Part shown: in pieces, positions 1-6,156 of the stretch | Position numbering within the stretch: the first letter of the stretch is position 1 | Layout of the letters: the number at the start of each line of letters is the position of its first letter | Virus record (IMG/VR): IMGVR_UViG_3300005805_000342 | Location: 1 to 28,658 of that record | From: a virus | Lineage: Duplodnaviria > Caudoviricetes | Direction: 5' to 3' (one strand) | Length of the DNA stretch: 28,658 nucleotides | The notes under the pieces: generated by a model | What the model was told of the DNA's origin: nothing | Seen by the model: only the letters and a program-made list of their open reading frames with translations | Database searches by the model: none | Position numbers and translations under genes: made by a program

Positions 1-2
1 AA

Positions 3-85
3 TAGGGAGAGGGGGACTTGAACCCCCACGGGCAATGCCCAACAGATTTTAAGTCTGGTGTGTCTACCGATTCCACCACCTCCCC
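3..85 (-). tRNA. trnL: tRNA-Leu(TAA)
   Basis: Reverse complement GGGGAGGTGGTGGAATCGGTAGACACACCAGAC-TTAAAA-TCTGT...GGGGGTTCAAGTCCCCCTCTCCCTA; cloverleaf with long variable arm, anticodon TAA, no encoded CCA. Confidence 0.95.
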
Positions 86-114
86 AGAAAGCGATCTCTC
101 AACCGCATGAATGT

Positions 115-143
115 ATGATACCAGAATTAGAAGGGCATGTCAA
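115..143 (-). promoter_or_regulatory. sigma70-type promoter for tRNA-Leu
   Basis: TTGACA (143-138), 17 nt spacer, TATCAT (120-115), about 30 nt upstream of the tRNA. Confidence 0.7.
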
Positions 144-390
144 GAGGGGGAGGTCCAGCAAGTCCCATATCGGGAGTTTCAAGTGCTTTTTGCATCTCTG
201 CTAGTTCTTTCAGAACTTCTTCTGGAACTGGGGATTTTTCCATTACAGGAACAAGAAGAAAATCACCGTGATCTTCAGTTGTCACTCGCAAAGACATTCG
301 ATTTCGTCCAACAAGAACTTCACAGATAAACTCTGCATTTTCAACTAACTCAGTGAGATTGATTACAGGTACTTGTGTATTTGTGTTCAT
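127..390 (-). CDS. hypothetical protein, weak Phd/YefM antitoxin-like N-terminus
   Basis: 87 aa ORF coupled to the upstream ORF by a 4-nt overlap; VINLTELVEN...RVTTEDHGDFLLVP resembles the Phd beta-alpha-alpha-beta-beta pattern. Confidence 0.65.
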   Translation of the reverse strand: MNTNTQVPVINLTELVENAEFICEVLVGRNRMSLRVTTEDHGDFLLVPVMEKSPVPEEVLKELAEMQKALETPDMGLAGPPPLDMPF

Positions 391-584
391 AGTTTATAGA
401 TGCGTTGTTCAGGAGTAAGAACGTTCTGGCAGTATTCTACCATATTTTCGAATTGAATACGTCCTTCTTCAGTAAAAGGACAAGACTCAGACATAAATTC
501 ACCATCATGACCGTGCATTTCAATTGTACGTTTGGTGAAATCTAGAACCACATGGTCTAGTTCAGAGAAGACGTTGATTTCCAT
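387..584 (-). CDS. hypothetical protein (probably early)
   Basis: 65 aa ORF directly downstream of a near-consensus sigma70 promoter. Confidence 0.7.
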   Translation of the reverse strand: MEINVFSELDHVVLDFTKRTIEMHGHDGEFMSESCPFTEEGRIQFENMVEYCQNVLTPEQRIYKL

Positions 585-625
585 AGAGTTGTTTTAAGAG
601 AGTTCCTTTGAACCCTTACAGAGTT

Positions 626-654
626 ATCATAGCACCATGGGTCCCCCCTGTCAA
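626..654 (-). promoter_or_regulatory. sigma70-type early promoter
   Basis: TTGACA (654-649), 17 nt, TATGAT (631-626) with extended TGn. Confidence 0.8.
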
Positions 655-661
655 GGGGTCT

Positions 662-3124
662 CTAGTTAAGATTGATGAACGGTGCCTTAAGGTCGATGAC
701 TCCAGCAGATTTAATTGATACTGCTGCGCTACCATCTACAAATACACCTCCAGCAGCAGAAGTTAAAGATAATGCTCCTGCAGCAACAGAGATAGTCGCC
801 ACTCCCGCACCAACGGTAACAAAGAAACCAGAAGCACCAACTAGTAATGAAATTGGACCAGCAGTATTATTTACAGTATATCTAGGAACTGCATCTGCAG
901 CTGATCCACCAGGATTCAAAATCATGTCATATGAACCATGCATGATTGTAAAGATTCCAGACTTTAATCTAGGAATTGGTGGTAAATTAATATTACGAAT
1001 TAATGATGGGGTTTCTACGTAAATTGCATTACCAGCAGTTAATTTCAAGTCATTGGAACAGTTGATATTAAAACTAGGAACGTTTAGTGATAAATTATCA
1101 GAAATGATCTTTTGATCTGTACCTGCCTTTGCTGCTGTGGTAGTTCCCATAGCTTGGGTTTCAAATTTACCTCTACCAGAAATCTCAGTGTCACTATCAA
1201 ATGTAATTATATTCTTTCTCTGCTTATTACTATTGTCTCCTGCTGTTCCATCATTTTTTACTGGTTGTGGAGCTCCATTACACTTAAATGCGAGTCTTCC
1301 ACCAACTTCAATATCCAGATTACCTACAATCTTTAACTTATAATCTCCATCTACAGTATGTTGGAACGCAGCCTTATTATAGAGTGAAAAATCTTTTTCA
1401 CAGTCAATACCAAGAACATTTGGATATACTTTTTGAACACCTGAAATAGTATCTGCTCTATTTACTTGTTGATTTGCTCCAGCAGATTGTCCGTTTTGAA
1501 GTGCTAATTGTTGTCTTCTGTGATTTTCATACTCAGTAGTATTATGTGAAATACTAGTGGTTGTTGATCCATCAGCATCTCTTCGGATTGTTGCCCTTCT
1601 TCCTGGTGTGCTAAACTGTGCTTCATATGCACCATTGTTGTAGTTTGTTACTGCAGTTAAATATGGATCTGCTTCGTTTACAATTGAGTTAAGAACGTTT
1701 GTTGCTTGATTTAGACCAGAAAATCCACCACTACTACTTCCACATCCAGCATTTCCCCCAAGAGGACTTCCACCACTAAAATCACAAGAAGTCTGCCCTA
1801 AAAATGGTATAAATCCAAGTAACTCATCTCCTCCAGGTGCAGTTCTATCGCACTGAGTTGGAAGAAGTCCAATAATTAATGATATAATCGACGTAATACT
1901 TGACAGATCACTAATACTAAGATCCTCCAGATTTTCAAAGAAAGCTGTTCCCTGTTTAAGTACATCTGAAACTGTTCTAGCAACCGATACCGCAGCTGTT
2001 ACCGCATTTATAATGCTTTGGATTTGTGAAAATAGTTGTTCTATAGCACAAAGAATATCTGAAATAATTGTATTGAATGCATCTTCAACTAAGGAAAATA
2101 TTAAATCAAATGCTTGACCAAGCATTTGCTCAACAAATTGATCTACAGTTCCAGATAAAGCATTTAAAATACTATTGAAGAAACTACTATCAATATTACA
2201 GAGATAATTTAATACTAACTGAATAATAGACTGTAATGCGGTTGTATATACAAAAGGAATACCTAGAAAAGAAGTTAGTTTTAATGCTCTAATGACTGAT
2301 GCCATTTGAGTAACAAATAGTTCTTTAACTGCAGCAACAACTTCAGAACAAACTCCACTAATAAGATTTTTAATTTTACCAGTTAAAGAATCAACATTCT
2401 TAACTGTTCCATCAACAACACTAATCCAATCATCTCCCTCTGGAACAAGAGTGGCAATAGTAGCACCTAAGTCATTAAGCATATAACTTAAATGTGCTTC
2501 AAATGTGTTTGCTGATCCTGCAACACCATTAGCAGCAGGACGAGCTTCAGTATTAACGCCAAAGGTCTTTGGAAGATTAGCGTTTGCTGAATTTGATGGG
2601 TGTCCAGGAGCAACAGGAGTTCCTTGAACACTACTATTTGCATTTACACTTTGTCCAGTTCCTTTAGTTTCAGATTGTCCCGTTACTGGATTAGTGACAG
2701 AGAAATTAGAAGTATTATCAAACTCGTTGCTACCATATAAACTTTCTATGACACCATTAGTAGTTCCTGGTTTATATGCTCTAACAACACCCATAACAAC
2801 TGGTTGCTGAGCTTCTTGTCCGTCTAAGAAGAAACCCATAACCATAGCACCAGGTTTCAATTGACCAGGAGTTTTGCCAGTTCCCTCTTGTCCACCCTGA
2901 TCTGTTGGTTGTAAAACAATTGCCCAAGGCAGATCTTCATCTGGCATCTTATCTGCAAAGTTGTTTTCGATGCCAGTATACCAACCAGAAATTCTTACTT
3001 TAACTCTACCAATTTCTAGTGGATCTTGATCATTAACAACCTCACCAAACCACCAGAAGAATCCATCTTTTCCCATGAAGTCAACATTGGGCTCATTAAT
3101 AATTCCATCAAAAGTAGTTGGCAT
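662..3124 (-). CDS. gp5: baseplate hub / central spike, T4 gp5-like (N-terminal OB fold, no recognisable lysozyme domain)
   Basis: FFWWFGEVVNDQDPLEIGRVKVRI...LPWA...GAMVMGFFLDGQEAQQPVVMG is the gp5 OB-domain signature; C-terminal beta-strand repeats ending INLN. Confidence 0.88.
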   Translation of the reverse strand: MPTTFDGIINEPNVDFMGKDGFFWWFGEVVNDQDPLEIGRVKVRISGWYTGIENNFADKMPDEDLPWAIVLQPTDQGGQEGTGKTPGQLKPGAMVMGFFLDGQEAQQPVVMGVVRAYKPGTTNGVIESLYGSNEFDNTSNFSVTNPVTGQSETKGTGQSVNANSSVQGTPVAPGHPSNSANANLPKTFGVNTEARPAANGVAGSANTFEAHLSYMLNDLGATIATLVPEGDDWISVVDGTVKNVDSLTGKIKNLISGVCSEVVAAVKELFVTQMASVIRALKLTSFLGIPFVYTTALQSIIQLVLNYLCNIDSSFFNSILNALSGTVDQFVEQMLGQAFDLIFSLVEDAFNTIISDILCAIEQLFSQIQSIINAVTAAVSVARTVSDVLKQGTAFFENLEDLSISDLSSITSIISLIIGLLPTQCDRTAPGGDELLGFIPFLGQTSCDFSGGSPLGGNAGCGSSSGGFSGLNQATNVLNSIVNEADPYLTAVTNYNNGAYEAQFSTPGRRATIRRDADGSTTTSISHNTTEYENHRRQQLALQNGQSAGANQQVNRADTISGVQKVYPNVLGIDCEKDFSLYNKAAFQHTVDGDYKLKIVGNLDIEVGGRLAFKCNGAPQPVKNDGTAGDNSNKQRKNIITFDSDTEISGRGKFETQAMGTTTAAKAGTDQKIISDNLSLNVPSFNINCSNDLKLTAGNAIYVETPSLIRNINLPPIPRLKSGIFTIMHGSYDMILNPGGSAADAVPRYTVNNTAGPISLLVGASGFFVTVGAGVATISVAAGALSLTSAAGGVFVDGSAAVSIKSAGVIDLKAPFINLN

Positions 3125-3148
3125 TTAGTTATCAAAACGCTTCAAAAA

Positions 3149-3156
3149 TATTTATA
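3149..3156 (-). promoter_or_regulatory. T4-type late promoter (gp55 sigma) for gp5
   Basis: Exact TATAAATA about 25 nt upstream of the gp5 ATG. Confidence 0.8.
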
Positions 3157-3157
3157 C

Positions 3158-3184
3158 AAGAAAGGGAGGTGCTAAGACCTCCCT
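3158..3184 (-). terminator. Rho-independent terminator after the lysozyme gene
   Basis: AGGGAGGT-CTTAGC-ACCTCCCT followed by TTCTT. Confidence 0.75.
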
Positions 3185-3190
3185 CATCTA

Positions 3191-3832
3191 CTAAACTTCT
3201 ACCGTGATCAGTCGGTTCGCATAATCATGTGCATAATGAGTACGAGCACCATGAATGCCCCAACCAATCCAACTATACGCATCATTCATGTAAGAGTTGA
3301 TAGAACGTCCACTTTGCTTCATTCTATCTTCAATTCTCTTCCATTGAACTTCATTAGTCATATAACGAAGTTGCGTGTGAAGTGATGATGGTGACCCACC
3401 ATACCTCTTAGCAAAATCACCCAATCCATAATATCTGTTGGCAGATGTCCATTGAATCAGTCCATATCCTCCCCAACAGGAGTTATAACTGACTCTACCA
3501 CCACCTTCGCAAATATTAGCATGGAAATTACTTTCTTGCTTAATATTGCCCATGATAGTAGCAAGGGCGTTTCTGTCATTAATACCTTCATCTTGCAAGA
3601 ATGCAAGTGCAGTATTTTCATTATCATTACACCCTTTACAAATTAGCCTCTTCTCTTTTGGCTTTTCGGGAGCAACCTCTAGGATCGCTGTCTTCTCATC
3701 TACAAGATTCATTTTTTCAGTTGTGAAAGGAGGGGGTGGACCCTGCATCTTGTAGTTGACGAATGGCAGTGTTGCCGTACTGGTTGTAACCGATGCCAAT
3801 AAAGACATGGCTACTGTAAAGTGATTAAACAT
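3191..3832 (-). CDS. phage tail lysozyme-family (Phage_lysozyme2-like) cell-wall hydrolase with N-terminal signal-like segment
   Basis: ALATIMGNIKQESNF, GYGLIQWT and QLRYM motifs; hydrophobic/Ser-Thr N-terminus and PPPP linker. Confidence 0.8.
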   Translation of the reverse strand: MFNHFTVAMSLLASVTTSTATLPFVNYKMQGPPPPFTTEKMNLVDEKTAILEVAPEKPKEKRLICKGCNDNENTALAFLQDEGINDRNALATIMGNIKQESNFHANICEGGGRVSYNSCWGGYGLIQWTSANRYYGLGDFAKRYGGSPSSLHTQLRYMTNEVQWKRIEDRMKQSGRSINSYMNDAYSWIGWGIHGARTHYAHDYANRLITVEV

Positions 3833-3835
3833 TAA

Positions 3836-3915
3836 CTCCGATTGAACTCTACATCCGAATAGAAGGGGGGTACACCTAACTTCTCAGAAGGCACCTTCCT
3901 CGGCTCTAAATGGTA
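3836..3915 (-). ncRNA. candidate structured cis-regulatory RNA in the lysozyme 5' leader
   Basis: CCGA-GGAAGG...CCUUCU-AU-UCGG long stem enclosing a GCCU/AGGU helix capped by CU-GAGA-AG; GC-rich island in AT-rich context; family not identified. Confidence 0.5.
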
Positions 3916-3951
3916 ATACTCAAACTCTCATAATAAAAATTGGTATACCAA

Positions 3952-4023
3952 TGGGAACAGATAGATTTGAACTATCGACCTCTGCGTTATCAGCACATTG
4001 CTCTACCTCTGAGCTATGCTCCC
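3952..4023 (-). tRNA. trnI: tRNA-Ile(GAT)
   Basis: GGGAGCATAGCTCAGAGGTAGAGCA-ATGTG-CTGATAA-CGCAG-AGGTC-GATAGTTCAAATCTATC-TGTTCCCA; imperfect anticodon stem. Confidence 0.88.
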
Positions 4024-4026
4024 ATA

Positions 4027-4098
4027 TGGGCGATGACGGGATCGAACCGCCGACGTACACGGTGTAAACGTGCCACTCTACCGCTGAGTTAATCGCCC
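4027..4098 (-). tRNA. trnV: tRNA-Val(TAC)
   Basis: GGGCGATTAACTCAGCGGTAGAGTG-GCACG-TTTACAC-CGTGT-ACGTC-GGCGGTTCGATCCCGTC-ATCGCCCA. Confidence 0.95.
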
Positions 4099-4533
4099 GA
4101 AATGATAGTAGTCTTTGCTACCCCATATCAGTTTATTATCTATATATCCCGCATCACGGGATCTAAGTTGGTTAGGTGTAAGAATAAAGTCGGAATGAAG
4201 AATTGCACCACGAACGATACACTCCATTCCGATGTTTTTACCTTTCCATCTTCCATTATCAAGTGTAACTAAGACATCACACTTTTCATTCCGAGTACCG
4301 TCTAGTCCCCAATTCTGTATGATAATACCTGACTCTGTTTCGAATAATGTATTAAGTCTTTCTCGGTATGGTTTTTTCTCTCCTTCATAGTGATACCACT
4401 GTTTAGAAAGATACTTTCCATCACCGACAGATTCCCAAGAAGTCAGAATCCAGGCATATCTAGATGGGTTGCTATATGCTTGATCTCTGTTTGACCAGCG
4501 CCCAAGCAGGCAACTCAAGAACTCCGTAATCAT
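4078..4533 (-). CDS. cpeT: CpeT/CpcT-like phycobilin lyase (auxiliary metabolic gene)
   Basis: GRWSNRDQAYSNP, KPYRER, SRDAGY and LIWGS motifs typical of T-type lyases; 3' end overlaps tRNA-Val. Confidence 0.85.
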   Translation of the reverse strand: MITEFLSCLLGRWSNRDQAYSNPSRYAWILTSWESVGDGKYLSKQWYHYEGEKKPYRERLNTLFETESGIIIQNWGLDGTRNEKCDVLVTLDNGRWKGKNIGMECIVRGAILHSDFILTPNQLRSRDAGYIDNKLIWGSKDYYHFGRLTQR

Positions 4534-4557
4534 AACACAAAAACTTCAAGGTGTCAA
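4529..4557 (-). promoter_or_regulatory. sigma70-type promoter overlapping the cpeT start codon
   Basis: TTGACA (4557-4552), 17 nt, TATGAT (4534-4529) with TGn extension; the -10 box contains the cpeT ATG. Confidence 0.6.
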
Positions 4558-4766
4558 ACGTCGTATTTCTTACACTCTGCGGCATCTGGATTAGCATCAC
4601 AATATAATTCTAATGGTGTTGGATCCCGATCATCTTCGGGATGATTTACTTTATATGCCTGCAATGCATCCAACTCACTCTCAGTATGTCTTCTTGCCTG
4701 AGGAGAAGTGGTTGGATCATCTAAAATTTTCCTATCATGCTCAATATGCTTATCAATATTTTCCAT
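4554..4766 (-). CDS. cp12: CP12 Calvin-cycle inhibitor (phage type)
   Basis: C-terminal PTPLELYCDANPDAAECKKYD CP12 motif; N-terminus SPQARRH typical of cyanophage CP12. Confidence 0.93.
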   Translation of the reverse strand: MENIDKHIEHDRKILDDPTTSPQARRHTESELDALQAYKVNHPEDDRDPTPLELYCDANPDAAECKKYDV

Positions 4767-4790
4767 CGAAAGTATCCGAATGAACTAATA

Positions 4791-4798
4791 TATTTATG
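4791..4798 (-). promoter_or_regulatory. late promoter-like site upstream of cp12
   Basis: CATAAATA about 25 nt upstream of the ATG. Confidence 0.55.
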
Positions 4799-6155
4799 TT
4801 GAAGGTCTAGATGATCCTAAGGAATCTTTCACTAAAACAACTTCAGTTGACATAACCCCATTATTTAAATGATGACGAACACCTGCAATAACATATAATC
4901 CACTATAAATTTGATCCATTTCAACACTAGTATTGTCACTTATATTAATTGGTATTTCTACTGTTAATGGATTTCCTACATGTAGAGCAGCATTACCAGC
5001 AACTCTAATATTTAATTTAATTGCTTCAAAAGTAGCTTTTCTACAGTGAGTATAAATTGCTGTTTCTTCAGTTCTTGGTGTTACTACTCCACTGGTTAAA
5101 TTTAAGTTTTCCTTATCAGTAGAATCCCATGCATGAATCATATTAGTTCTCATTCTATTTCTTCTTGCTCTAGCATACATAGGAACATTTGAAGAATTTT
5201 CAAATGGATTTACTGTACCAAGGTGACTTTGATTTTCATATAACTGTGAAATTTTGAATCCAACTCCACCATAAGGTTTTTGATCGTTTGACGGTGTTGG
5301 AAATTTACTATTTGGTATTACATCTAAAGCAATTGTGGTATATAAACCAGCATAAGATCCGTTTCTTATAGCTAAGGTAGTATTAAAAACATCTGGATAA
5401 CTTATACTCTCAATATTACCAACATCAACAGATTCGCTAGTACTTCTTTTTGGTGAATATCGATATAATGGATGCCTAATTTTATTACCATTCCTATCAG
5501 TATATTCCGTAAAATTTAAAGCATCTTCAATAATTTTATCAAAGGATTTGAAATGAAATCCATCATAATTTTCATAGAAAATAAATCCGCTTTGTGCCTG
5601 TCCCCCAGAGCTCTGTTTTCTAATAGCTTTACCACCCATCCAGTTAATTGCATCGTAAACTCTCATGCCAGGAATAACACACTGAAATTTATCTCGGGTT
5701 TCCTCTATTTTCAGTTCTTTTCCATTTTGAGTTATATCCATCCCCTTTACTGAATCGGATAGTATTTCATTTACTATTTCAGAAACTTTCTTATTCTTAT
5801 ATGAACCAAAAACATAAGTCAATTCATTGGTAGCAGCTTCTAAAGAAACGCATTCTATCGTATACTTTGCATTTTTTTCCAACTTAATAATTGGTCCAAT
5901 TCTATACACTCTAAATGCATAAGCTTTAGATTGCTCTAGATCTGGTAAAGTAAATACCAACTCTAAGATTTCATCTCCCTTAAATTTTGTATATGTACTA
6001 ACCGAATCATTAACAACCAAACTAGCCCTGATACCAGGAAAATCAATACTTTCCGAAATATTAATTTCCGTTACCATAGAATCAAAACTAGCACCCCAAG
6101 TGCCTTCAGTTTCACTCTTAACTCTAACAGTTTCTAACTTATACTTCGTACTCAT
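4794..6155 (-). CDS. baseplate hub protein, gp27/GPD (late control D)-like
   Basis: EINISESI...ASLVVND N-terminus, FIFYENYDGFHFKS, and GNAALHVGNPL...YSGLYVIAGVRH C-terminus; lies just downstream of the tape-measure-like genes. Confidence 0.7.
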   Translation of the reverse strand: MSTKYKLETVRVKSETEGTWGASFDSMVTEINISESIDFPGIRASLVVNDSVSTYTKFKGDEILELVFTLPDLEQSKAYAFRVYRIGPIIKLEKNAKYTIECVSLEAATNELTYVFGSYKNKKVSEIVNEILSDSVKGMDITQNGKELKIEETRDKFQCVIPGMRVYDAINWMGGKAIRKQSSGGQAQSGFIFYENYDGFHFKSFDKIIEDALNFTEYTDRNGNKIRHPLYRYSPKRSTSESVDVGNIESISYPDVFNTTLAIRNGSYAGLYTTIALDVIPNSKFPTPSNDQKPYGGVGFKISQLYENQSHLGTVNPFENSSNVPMYARARRNRMRTNMIHAWDSTDKENLNLTSGVVTPRTEETAIYTHCRKATFEAIKLNIRVAGNAALHVGNPLTVEIPINISDNTSVEMDQIYSGLYVIAGVRHHLNNGVMSTEVVLVKDSLGSSRPST

Positions 6156-6156
6156 T

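Noticed and set aside
111-329. 72-aa plus-strand ORF
   Set aside because: Antisense to a promoter-supported, translationally coupled minus-strand gene.
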